Shown: piece after piece, positions 40,532 through 49,944 of the stretch
How positions within the stretch are numbered: the first letter of the stretch is position 1
Layout of the letters: each line of letters begins with the position of its first letter
NCBI GenBank assembly: GCA_016839705.1
Contig: JAEOTR010000048.1
Span: forward strand, 24,779 to 88,778
DNA length: 64,000 nt
Reading direction: 5' to 3'
Source of the DNA: Promethearchaeota archaeon
Lineage (GTDB): Archaea > Asgardarchaeota > Lokiarchaeia > Sigyniarchaeales > SOKP01
The notes under the pieces: model-generated
Told to the model about the DNA's origin: nothing
Databases searched by the model: none
What the model saw: the letters and a program-made list of their open reading frames with translations, nothing else
Program-made: the position numbers and the translations under genes

Positions 40532-41071
40532 ATGACTAATAATACTTCTACCCAAAACGATATCCGTAAGCAATTTGAAGAAAAACTGATGGAATTAAAG
40601 AATTCACTCCCACCTTTAGGAAAAAATATAGGAAATAGTTGTGCTGCTGATACTCTTAACAGTATCTTAGAAATTTTAAATTTAAAAGATATAAAAAATG
40701 ACTACTTTAACAATCTAGCGGTCCCTTTTAGTGGATTTGCTCATTTTATTGGTAAGAATGGGTGGAAAGGTCCATGTGGTGCGATTTTTGGTGCTCTTGC
40801 GGCTATTGGGATTATATCAGGAGGACAAAGTAAAATTGAAGATTTGGATGTTCCCAAAGTATATGGTAAAGCTTTAAAATTTGCTAAAAGGTTCGAAGAA
40901 GAATTTGGATCTGTAATGTGTGAAGAATTGTGTGGTTTTGATTTAAATACTGATCTTAAGCAATACGTTAAAACTAGAGCGTGGGAAAATAAATGTTGTA
41001 ATTTCATTCTTTTCGCAGTTGATCAGGTGTCGAAAATTACTCGAAAAGAACTTAGACAACTTTGGAGTTAA
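40532..41071 (+). CDS. C-GCAxxG-C-C family putative redox protein
   Basis: NSCA...GPCGAIFG...FGSVMCEEL...KCC. Confidence 0.82.
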   Translation: MTNNTSTQNDIRKQFEEKLMELKNSLPPLGKNIGNSCAADTLNSILEILNLKDIKNDYFNNLAVPFSGFAHFIGKNGWKGPCGAIFGALAAIGIISGGQSKIEDLDVPKVYGKALKFAKRFEEEFGSVMCEELCGFDLNTDLKQYVKTRAWENKCCNFILFAVDQVSKITRKELRQLWS

Positions 41072-41228
41072 ATTAGATAAATTTATCTGATTTTATCAAT
41101 TAAATGGAAATAGAGTTAAATTAATTATCCTCAAATATTAAAAGTCATGATTATTATAGGATATTTATTATATTGAATTGATTTTCAAACTCATACATAT
41201 AAAAAAAACTGTGGAAGTAAAATTCAAC

Positions 41229-44147
41229 ATGGAATCTACAGAAGATAAATATTATAATCTTGAATTGAGTCAAATCTACAAAAATCTTGAAACAAATCCT
41301 GATAATGGTTTGACTGAAAAAGAAGCTAAAAAACGATTAGAAGAAGATGGTTTAAATGAAATCCCTAAAGTGTCAAAAGGATTCATTAAAATATATCTAG
41401 CGCCATTGTTTAACTGGTTAATCGTTATTTATCTTATAGGAGCATTAATATTATTTTTAGCTTGGGTTTTAGGCGGTGAGGGACAATTAATTTTTATTAC
41501 TTTAACTTTATTTATTGTATTTTTAAATTGCTTAGTTGCTATTGTTCAACAATATAGAGCTACTAAAAAGCTTAAAGCATTACGAGAATTAACCGCACCT
41601 ACATCTACTCTTATGAGAAATGGACAAAAATTAGAAGTTCCAACTAAAGAGATAGTTAAAGGAGATCTATTGATTTTAAATCAAGGAGATAAAGTACCTG
41701 CCGATGCTAGAATAATTAAAGGGTTTAATCTTGAAGTGAATGAGGCATCATTAACAGGAGAAAGCGAACCAGTAAAGAAGGATGAAACCGGTAAAGTGAT
41801 ATCTGAAAAAGATCTTGCTATTGCTGACCGAATTAACATGATTTTTTATGGTACATTTATAACAACAGGTAATGGTAAAGCAATAGTAGTAAAAACTGGG
41901 GGGAAAACTGAAATTGGGAAAATTTCACATGGTTTAGAAGAAGCTGGAACGAGTGAGATTCCAATTCGACAAAAAATGAACAATTTTGGCAAATGGTTAG
42001 GGCTCGGAGTTTTTATATTTTGGTTTATAATTCTAATGATTTTATGGGTTTTACCCCCACACGAGCTTGATGTTGTTAAAAGCCTAAATTCTGCTCTTGA
42101 TTTAATGCCAATAAATATTCCATTATTGGTTACTATTGTTTTGATAACTGGTGTTCTTGCGATGGCTCATCATGGAGTTATAATAAGAAACCTAGCCTCA
42201 GTTGATAGTTTAGGGCGTGTAAGTGTTGTTTGTTCTGATAAAACAGGTACTTTAACCAAAAATCAGATGTCTATTCAGCACGTTTGGACAAACGGCTCAA
42301 TATTTCGAGTTACAGGAAGTGGTTATTCTCCTGATGGTGATATTGTTCTAATGGATGATCCCAAAAATCATACATATGTAAAACATATAGATGAATATCC
42401 TCATCTCAAATTACTTTTGACTTCAGGTTTTTTGAATAATAATTCTGCGTTAGTGAAACATGAAATTGAGATATCTGGGAAAACCATTTATGATTGGAGT
42501 GTGATTGGTTCTCCTACAGAAGGGGCACTTATGGTTTTATTTCAGAAAGGGATGGGAGACTACCTCCTTGATGAATTTGAGGCAATTACAGAATATCCCT
42601 TTGATAGTTCATTAAAAAGAATGACCAAACTTTATAAAAGAGATCATGTATATGTTTCCTTTACAAAAGGAGCAAGTGAAATTCTAATACCTCTGTGTAC
42701 CAAAATTATATATAATGATAAAGAAATTGAGTTTGGGCAAAGTATCAAAAATAAAGTAATGGAAATAGTTGATCTATATGCAAATCAAGGATATCGGATT
42801 CTAAGCTTATGTTATAAAGAAATGGATGATATTCCCCTGGAAGGAGAAGAGGGGAGAAAAGTTAGTGAATCAGCCTTAACATTCATTGGTTTTGTAACAA
42901 TATTAGATCCTCCTAGGGAGGGAGTAAAAGAATCAGTTGAGCAATGTCATGAAGCAGGAGTAGATGTTGTAATGATTACCGGTGATTCACCGGCTACAGC
43001 TAAAGCTATTGCTTCACAAATCTCAATTATTACTCAAGAAAGTGAAATTGTGATAGAAGGAAAAGAAGTTAAAGATATCAAATCATACGAGGATTTTTCA
43101 AAAATTAAAGTCTTTGCTCGTGTCGAACCGGCTGATAAAGAAATAATTGTACAAAAATATCAGGAACAGAAAAAAGTTGTAGCCATGACAGGTGATGGTG
43201 TAAACGACGCTTTAGCCTTAAACTTGGCTGATGCCGGGGTGGCAATGGGAATTTCGGGAACGGATGTAGCTAAAGAAGCCTCAGACATGGTAATTTCCGA
43301 CGATTCATTTAATTCGATAGTTACAGGTATCCATGAAGGGAGGGGAATCTTCGCAAGAATCCGTGCTGTCGTGATATTTTATATCTGCACTAATGTTTTT
43401 GAAGGCCTTATTCAATTCATTTTAGCAATAATTTTAAAAAAACCCTATTTTTTAGATGATCCCTTTTATTATCAATGGATTTTTCTTTCAATAACCTTAC
43501 ATATATTTCCAGGTTTAATTCTTACGTTTGACATTACATCAAAAGATGTAATGAAAGAAAAACCACGCGACTCAGAAGAAATTCTTTCGAAAAACACAAT
43601 TGTTCTTTTATTCATCTTTGGCATTTTACTCGCAGTGAGCATGGTTATAGTATATTTTATTACAATAAGCGGAATATATCCTGTTTTTCCCGAGAATATA
43701 GATATAAGTGGATTAAACTATGCATATCTCTATACTCCAGAAACTGAGCCATTTTGGGGTGATATACTTCGTGATTTCTATCCTTTGGTAACTGATCCAG
43801 AACTATTTCAATATGGGAAAGCACTCACAATGCTAATGGTGACTCTATTTTTCTGCGAATCCTTCTTAGTATTTCAGATTCGACGTCCAAATAAATCATT
43901 AATAAGAAGTTTACTTGAAGATAGTAATAGAAGAATGTACTACATCATTGGTTTTCTATTTGCGCTATTTTTAATGCTCATGTATATTCCAGGGGTACAA
44001 GTAACTCTTGCAGATTGGGGTATTAATTTCATGTTCATGTATTTAACAGGATTAGATTGGTTCGTCTGTTTCTTAATATCCCTAGTCTGTATCGTTTCCT
44101 TTGAGATTGTCAAATACGTGGCTCGTAATTATGGTATAACTTTTTAA
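41229..44147 (+). CDS. P-type ATPase (paralog; atypical ion-binding motifs)
   Basis: TGES, CSDKTGT, KGASE, MTGDGVND; M4 reads MPINIP. ATG at 41229 preferred over TTG at 41178. Confidence 0.92.
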   Translation: MESTEDKYYNLELSQIYKNLETNPDNGLTEKEAKKRLEEDGLNEIPKVSKGFIKIYLAPLFNWLIVIYLIGALILFLAWVLGGEGQLIFITLTLFIVFLNCLVAIVQQYRATKKLKALRELTAPTSTLMRNGQKLEVPTKEIVKGDLLILNQGDKVPADARIIKGFNLEVNEASLTGESEPVKKDETGKVISEKDLAIADRINMIFYGTFITTGNGKAIVVKTGGKTEIGKISHGLEEAGTSEIPIRQKMNNFGKWLGLGVFIFWFIILMILWVLPPHELDVVKSLNSALDLMPINIPLLVTIVLITGVLAMAHHGVIIRNLASVDSLGRVSVVCSDKTGTLTKNQMSIQHVWTNGSIFRVTGSGYSPDGDIVLMDDPKNHTYVKHIDEYPHLKLLLTSGFLNNNSALVKHEIEISGKTIYDWSVIGSPTEGALMVLFQKGMGDYLLDEFEAITEYPFDSSLKRMTKLYKRDHVYVSFTKGASEILIPLCTKIIYNDKEIEFGQSIKNKVMEIVDLYANQGYRILSLCYKEMDDIPLEGEEGRKVSESALTFIGFVTILDPPREGVKESVEQCHEAGVDVVMITGDSPATAKAIASQISIITQESEIVIEGKEVKDIKSYEDFSKIKVFARVEPADKEIIVQKYQEQKKVVAMTGDGVNDALALNLADAGVAMGISGTDVAKEASDMVISDDSFNSIVTGIHEGRGIFARIRAVVIFYICTNVFEGLIQFILAIILKKPYFLDDPFYYQWIFLSITLHIFPGLILTFDITSKDVMKEKPRDSEEILSKNTIVLLFIFGILLAVSMVIVYFITISGIYPVFPENIDISGLNYAYLYTPETEPFWGDILRDFYPLVTDPELFQYGKALTMLMVTLFFCESFLVFQIRRPNKSLIRSLLEDSNRRMYYIIGFLFALFLMLMYIPGVQVTLADWGINFMFMYLTGLDWFVCFLISLVCIVSFEIVKYVARNYGITF

Positions 44148-44220
44148 AGAGCTTGCCTCTAATTTTATTTTTTTAATTCATTTCATTAAATTTTTATCCA
44201 AACACTCATTTTTTTCCTTT

Positions 44221-44760
44221 ATGTTAATAGGAGAGCGAATTACTCTTGGACCTGTTAAAAGAGAATATATTGATCCTTATCTTAAGTGGTTTAATGACCC
44301 AGAGATAATCCAATATTTATCTATGTTTCGGCCAATGACTCGCATGATGGAGGAAGATTGGATTGAAAACTTAAAGAATCGAGATGATACTATTGCTTTT
44401 GCTATTCTTATTACCAATGAAAATGTAGGAGAAAAGCTTATTGGAAATTGTGGGCTCCATGCAATAGATTGGAAAAATCGAGTGGCGGAAGTAGGAATCA
44501 CTATAGGAGAAAAAGAATATCAAGGTAAAGGTTATGGAACAGAAGCTATGGAATTATTAGTAGATTATGGATTCAAATCTGTAAATTTAAACCGAATCCA
44601 GTTACGTGTTTATCAATTCAACAGTAGAGCTATAAATTCTTATAATAAAATAGGTTTTGTAGAAGAAGGCCGAATGAGAAAAGCAATTTTTATTAATGGA
44701 GAATATCACGATATTATTTTTATGAGTATTCTAAAAGAAGAGTGGTTAAAAGAAAAGTAA
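44221..44760 (+). CDS. GNAT acetyltransferase, RimJ/RimL family
   Basis: IDWKNRVAEVGITIGEKEYQGKGYGTEA, NSRAINSYNKIGFVEEG. Confidence 0.9.
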   Translation: MLIGERITLGPVKREYIDPYLKWFNDPEIIQYLSMFRPMTRMMEEDWIENLKNRDDTIAFAILITNENVGEKLIGNCGLHAIDWKNRVAEVGITIGEKEYQGKGYGTEAMELLVDYGFKSVNLNRIQLRVYQFNSRAINSYNKIGFVEEGRMRKAIFINGEYHDIIFMSILKEEWLKEK

Positions 44761-44798
44761 TAAGTACGGAAGAGGTCTTAAATTTTAAAGATAAAATC

Positions 44799-45335
44799 AT
44801 GCTGAAAGGAGTCAAAGTAAGACTGGTTCCTCCAAAAAAAGAATATATTGATCGTTTTCAAAAGTGGATGAATGACCTTGAGATTACTCAACATCTTACG
44901 GTTTTCAGGCCAATTACTAAAGAAATGCAAAAAGATTGGTATGATTCAATGATTAAGAGCGAGAATAACATTCTTTTTTCAATCGTAGTATCTGATGACG
45001 ATAATAACGAAAAACTAATAGGAAATTGTGACATTGATGTTGATTGGAAAAACAGAGTAGGATCGTGTGGAATTGTAATAGGAGAAAAGGAATATCATGG
45101 AAAAGGGTATGGAACTGAAGCTATGAAGTTACTGGTGGAATATGGCTTTACAACATTAAACCTTAATAGAATTGATCTGGAGGCACACAGTTTCAATTCT
45201 CGAGCATTACAATCATATATGAAAGTTGGATTTAAAAAAGAAGTAATTCGGCGACATGCTGTTTATATAAATGGTGTATACCACGATTCTATCGTGCTTA
45301 GCATTTTAAGGGATGAATGGCAGAGGAATAAATAA
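44799..45335 (+). CDS. GNAT acetyltransferase, RimJ/RimL family (tandem paralog)
   Basis: GIVIGEKEYHGKGYGTEA; alignment with the upstream paralog places the start at ATG 44799. Confidence 0.9.
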   Translation: MLKGVKVRLVPPKKEYIDRFQKWMNDLEITQHLTVFRPITKEMQKDWYDSMIKSENNILFSIVVSDDDNNEKLIGNCDIDVDWKNRVGSCGIVIGEKEYHGKGYGTEAMKLLVEYGFTTLNLNRIDLEAHSFNSRALQSYMKVGFKKEVIRRHAVYINGVYHDSIVLSILRDEWQRNK

Positions 45336-45550
45336 CGAATTATGTCTATAAATTATCATCCTTATTTGATGACAAAATAAAATTTAAATTACACTTTGAT
45401 GTAACTAAAATTATAAGTGAAGAAATCATCCCGATATTTAAAGATTCTAATTAATGATATCTTATTTTTTGTTTTTTCTTAATTTTGATACTAATTAATT
45501 TTTTAAGAAATATCATTGATAACACCAATGAAAAGAAAATAAAAATAGAA

Positions 45551-46597
45551 TTATTTCTCTAATTCTTTAAAATACGGTATTATTTTATCTCGAAATATCT
45601 CATATACTTTATTTATATCAGGACCTCTATTCATTACACTTATGTGGGTTATTCCCGCTTCTTTATATTTTTCTATACTTGCAATAACATCATCTGTTGT
45701 TCCTAAGCAGTTGAAATCTTGGAGAATTGTTTCAGGTAATCGATTTAAGTGACCAAGTAACTCTACTACGAGATTACCGCTCATATCAAAATCATGAACA
45801 CTAATTCCTTCTGGTAAATTTAAGTTTGGGTATGCTTCATTCGTGATCCAAGAATTTAATAAATAAGAAGACTTAAAAAATTCACATCTTTTTACAGCAT
45901 TATCAGGATTATCATCATCTATGGCTACAAAACAATCATACACATAATCAATTTCATTGGGATCTCGATCAGCCTTTTTTGCCGCTTCCCTCACTTCTTT
46001 TACGTTCCTTTTTATAACCCATGGTGGTTGATAAAGCGGGTACCACCCATCTCCTAATTCTCCTGTTATTTGACGCGTCTTTGGTCCATTAGCCGCAATA
46101 TAGATTTGTGGACTCTCCTGAACTGGTCTTATATCAATGTAAGCATTTTTCATTTCTCCCCAGAAATCACTTTTATGATTAACTTTTTTCTTAGTCCAAA
46201 ATTTTCTTAACAAGATAATATATTCGCGCAATTTTGAAATCGATCTCTTTCGATTTAACCCATACATGTCTATATTCATTGCTTCACCTGCTCCAAGTCC
46301 GATCATACCTCGACCATTAGAAATTTGATCTAGTGTTGCAACTTTATGTGCCATTAGTGCAGGATGAAAGCGATGACAATCAGATACTCCAGTGCATAAT
46401 TTGATCTTTTTGGTTATCATTGCTAAAGCTGTTAGAAAACAATAGGCATCATAACAAGTTCCTGTACGTGGTGGAAACATTGTTGTATGATCTGCATAAA
46501 AAACTCCAAAAAAACCACTTTCCTCAGCCTTTTTAGTCCCTTCGAACATATATTCAAGACGAGGGGTTGGTACAGGTATATGGAAACTAAATCTCAT
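45551..46597 (-). CDS. LLM-class (probably F420-dependent) oxidoreductase
   Basis: ADH, HPALMAHKVATLDQISNGR, GLGAGE, AANGPK, GDGW. Confidence 0.88.
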   Translation of the reverse strand: MRFSFHIPVPTPRLEYMFEGTKKAEESGFFGVFYADHTTMFPPRTGTCYDAYCFLTALAMITKKIKLCTGVSDCHRFHPALMAHKVATLDQISNGRGMIGLGAGEAMNIDMYGLNRKRSISKLREYIILLRKFWTKKKVNHKSDFWGEMKNAYIDIRPVQESPQIYIAANGPKTRQITGELGDGWYPLYQPPWVIKRNVKEVREAAKKADRDPNEIDYVYDCFVAIDDDNPDNAVKRCEFFKSSYLLNSWITNEAYPNLNLPEGISVHDFDMSGNLVVELLGHLNRLPETILQDFNCLGTTDDVIASIEKYKEAGITHISVMNRGPDINKVYEIFRDKIIPYFKELEK

Positions 46598-46746
46598 TAA
46601 ATATCAATCTCCTCTAATAAATTTTAAAAATTTTAGTTCAAAATTATTTTATATTTATTTTATTTTGATAACTGTGGAAATTCTATAGGTTTTTAAAATT
46701 TTTAGAATTTCAATATAATATTCATAAAATATAATAAAGTGATAAA

Positions 46747-47868
46747 ATGGATCTTGATATAAAAATCGGAACAGAGGGAACTTTTATACCTCCCTTTGAT
46801 AGAGGTATGGAAACTGTTAAAAGAATCGAAGCTAGCGGTTATGATTCAGTGTGGTTTGCTGATCATCTAATGGGTTGGATACCCGAATCAATATGGACTC
46901 CTGATCTCATTCAAATGTCAACAATTCAGAATAGTCCTCATGATTTTTATGATGTTTATTCTATGATGGCAATTGCTGCGTGGACTACTCAAAAAATTCA
47001 AATCGGTACTAGTGTTACTGAATCATTTAGGAGGCATCCCGCCATTCTTGCTCAAACTTTTCTAACAATGGACCATGCATCAAAAGGACGAGCCATTCTC
47101 GGCATTGGAACAGGAGAAGGGGAAAATGTTATTCCTTATGGTATAAAATGGGAAAAACCTGTTAGTAGACTAGAGGAAGCAATTAAAATAATTAAACTTC
47201 TTTGGGAAAATGAAGGTCGAGTTAGTTATAACGGTGAATTTTGGAAATTAAAAAATGCTGTTATTTCTCTAAAACCTTATAGAGAAGGAAAATTCCCTCC
47301 AATATGGGTCGCAGCACATGGACCTAAGATGTGTGAATTAACCGGTAGATTAGCAGATGGATGGTTACCTACGAACTTCAATCTTTCAACTTATAAAGAA
47401 AAGCTTGATATTATTCGAAATTCTGCTAAAAAAGCAGGGAGAAATCCAGATGATATTACTCCTGGTCTCTGGCATAATATAATTATTGATGAGGATCATA
47501 ATGAATGTGATAGATTATTAGAAACTGCATTTGTAAAAAACTATAGTCTTCTTCAATCAAATGAGTATTTTAAACAATTTGGAGTTTCGCATCCCCTTGG
47601 TGAGGATTTTTATGGTCTTCTTGAGTACATTCCTACAGAATATACCCGAGAAACAATGCTTAAGGCTTTTGAGAAAATTCCGTCAAATTTATGCGAAGAA
47701 ACATTTTTACATGGCACTCCAGATGAGATTATATCTAAAATTGAAGATTATGCTAAGATCGGTTTAAAGCACATCGTTCTTTATAATATGACCTATTCTT
47801 GTGATACAAGCAAAGTAAAAAGCTCATTCGGGTGTGTGAAGAAAGTTTTACAGTATTTTAAAGGTTAA
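46747..47868 (+). CDS. LLM-class (probably F420-dependent) oxidoreductase
   Basis: WFADHL, RRHPAILAQ...DHASKGR.LGIGTGE, AAHGPKM, ADGW; divergent from the paralog. Confidence 0.88.
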   Translation: MDLDIKIGTEGTFIPPFDRGMETVKRIEASGYDSVWFADHLMGWIPESIWTPDLIQMSTIQNSPHDFYDVYSMMAIAAWTTQKIQIGTSVTESFRRHPAILAQTFLTMDHASKGRAILGIGTGEGENVIPYGIKWEKPVSRLEEAIKIIKLLWENEGRVSYNGEFWKLKNAVISLKPYREGKFPPIWVAAHGPKMCELTGRLADGWLPTNFNLSTYKEKLDIIRNSAKKAGRNPDDITPGLWHNIIIDEDHNECDRLLETAFVKNYSLLQSNEYFKQFGVSHPLGEDFYGLLEYIPTEYTRETMLKAFEKIPSNLCEETFLHGTPDEIISKIEDYAKIGLKHIVLYNMTYSCDTSKVKSSFGCVKKVLQYFKG

Positions 47869-48033
47869 ACAATTGAAACCTTTCATTTTCATTATGAAGG
47901 GATCTACTTGTTTCAGAATTTCTTGCTGTATCATTCTTTTTTCTTTAGTTTTAACATCGGAAAAATCAGTAAAATAAACGGTAAGAAATCTTTATAAGCA
48001 TAGGTAATTTATTTAAAATTCAACATTTTAAAG

Positions 48034-49758
48034 GTGAAAATGATGAAAGATTATTCAGACTGGAAACCGGTGTTAGATTATGAGAATGAATCGCCATATA
48101 TCGAGAATCCAAATAGACCTTGGTTAAAACATCGACCGCCTACTGTACCAAAATCGATACGATTTGATCCTATACCTATCAGTGAGTTTATAAAATTATC
48201 TGCTAGAGAATTTCCTAATAATGTATGTATCATTGATAAACCAAATAATAAAAAATACACCTATCGTGAATTAATTTATTATGCGGATAAGATAGCAAAT
48301 GCCTTAGATGAATTAGGTATAGGAAAAGGGGATTTTGTTGGTTTAATGTCAATTAATTGTCCTGAATTCCTTTTTTCATGGTTAGGTATCCTTTCAACTG
48401 GGGCTGCAGTCGTACCGATAAATTCTTTACTCAATGATTCAGATGTTATCCACATTGTTCGAGAAACTGGAAATATTAATGTTATCTTTGTTCATAAAAC
48501 TAATTATAGGATAATTAAAAAGACCAGAACTCAAGTTGAAGTAAAGCATGTGATTGTATTAGGTGCTAAGGAAGCAAGAGATGATGCTATTACTCTTGAA
48601 GATTTTATAGATGGAAAAGCACCTAAATCTCCCGATGTTGAAATAGATCCAATGAACGATATTGCAGCATTAATGTTTACTGGTGGTACAACGGGACTCC
48701 CAAAAGGTGTAATGCTAACCCATAATAATTTGGTTCATGATCTGCTTATATCATTGCATAATACAGAGGATACTTATGAAGAATTTGAGGCTCGAAGGGG
48801 TAAAGAAACAAGCTTAGGAATCTTACCATTATGCCATGTTATGGGGCATGAAGCATTAATTTGGGCATTATATGGAGCAGCAACAATTATTATGTTTTCA
48901 TTCAATCCTTCCGAAGTTTTAGAAGTTATCGAGCATTACAAACCAAAAATATTTGCAGGTGTACCCGTGATGTATCAGATGATTATTAATAATCCAGATT
49001 TTACGGAGCGAGATCTTTCAAGTCTTGAAACTGCTGCGACAGGTTCAGCAGCTCTAGCCCCAGAATTATCAAAGAAATGGGAGGAAGTTGTAGGGTTTAG
49101 GGTTAGTCAAGGATTTGGTCTCACTGAAGCAACAGCATTTACTCATGGTGCAACTCTTTGGATGCCAGAAATTAAATCAGAAAGTATAGGTATTCCCGAT
49201 ATCGAAACAGATAGTATAATTGTGAATCCAGACACATTAGAAGAACTGAAACCAGGTGAAATTGGGGAAATGTTAATAAAGGGCCCCCAGATAATGAAGG
49301 GTTACTGGAAAAAACCGGAAGAGACAAAAAAAGATATCGTAAATGGTTGGCTTAGGACGGGAGATCTCGCCAGAATGGATGAAGATGGATATTTCTATAT
49401 CGAAGGACGAACAAAAGACATGATTAAATACAAAAGTTATAAAGTAATGGCAAAAGAAGTTGAAATGAAATTAATGGAACATCCGGCAATTTTAGAAGTT
49501 GGTGTGGTAGGTGTTCCAGATCCTAATATCGGCGAGACAATTAAGGCTTTTGTAGTACTTAAACCAGAATATCAAGATGGAAAGGTTACAGAAAAAGATA
49601 TTATTGAATGGGCTAAGGAACGATTAGCTGGATATAAATATCCTCGTAAGGTAGAATTCATCAAAATATTACCACGAACTACTATTGGTAAACCGTTTCG
49701 AAGAAAATTACGAGAAATGGAAGAAGAAAAGAAAGAGAAACCTATATCTCCGGTATAA
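48034..49758 (+). CDS. long-chain fatty-acid–CoA ligase (AMP-binding)
   Basis: FTGGTTGLPKG, QGFGLTE, WLRTGD, GRTKDMI, LPRTTIGK. Confidence 0.92.
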   Translation: MKMMKDYSDWKPVLDYENESPYIENPNRPWLKHRPPTVPKSIRFDPIPISEFIKLSAREFPNNVCIIDKPNNKKYTYRELIYYADKIANALDELGIGKGDFVGLMSINCPEFLFSWLGILSTGAAVVPINSLLNDSDVIHIVRETGNINVIFVHKTNYRIIKKTRTQVEVKHVIVLGAKEARDDAITLEDFIDGKAPKSPDVEIDPMNDIAALMFTGGTTGLPKGVMLTHNNLVHDLLISLHNTEDTYEEFEARRGKETSLGILPLCHVMGHEALIWALYGAATIIMFSFNPSEVLEVIEHYKPKIFAGVPVMYQMIINNPDFTERDLSSLETAATGSAALAPELSKKWEEVVGFRVSQGFGLTEATAFTHGATLWMPEIKSESIGIPDIETDSIIVNPDTLEELKPGEIGEMLIKGPQIMKGYWKKPEETKKDIVNGWLRTGDLARMDEDGYFYIEGRTKDMIKYKSYKVMAKEVEMKLMEHPAILEVGVVGVPDPNIGETIKAFVVLKPEYQDGKVTEKDIIEWAKERLAGYKYPRKVEFIKILPRTTIGKPFRRKLREMEEEKKEKPISPV

Positions 49759-49794
49759 ACTCTAAAAGGAGGTTTTAAACAACTTTTTTTTTAA

Positions 49795-49875
49795 TTATTT
49801 TTGCATTTCCAGTTAAATTTTCAAATGCATTTGATAATTCAATTGTTCTTGGATAAGCAGATTGTTAGCTTTCAT
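49795..49875 (-). pseudogene. decayed 5' remnant of a DUF362-like gene (copy A)
   Basis: 49804..49845 matches 54162..54203 at 40/42 nt; the minus frame reads IELSNAFENLTGNAK. Confidence 0.5.
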
Positions 49876-49944
49876 GCAAAAACATCGAATATAATTAGCA
49901 CATATTTTTTCGATATTTCAATACTTTTATTAGTTTATATAATT

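Noticed and set aside
47869-48033. Short minus-strand open stretch (…DVKTKEKRMIQQEILKQVDPFIMK…) as a gene remnant
   Set aside because: No recognisable family and too short to support.
49801-49944. N-terminal extension of the 1313-aa ORF from TTG 49801
   Set aside because: It overlaps the terminator/DUF362 remnant; the signal-anchor position favours ATG 49945 or 49978.
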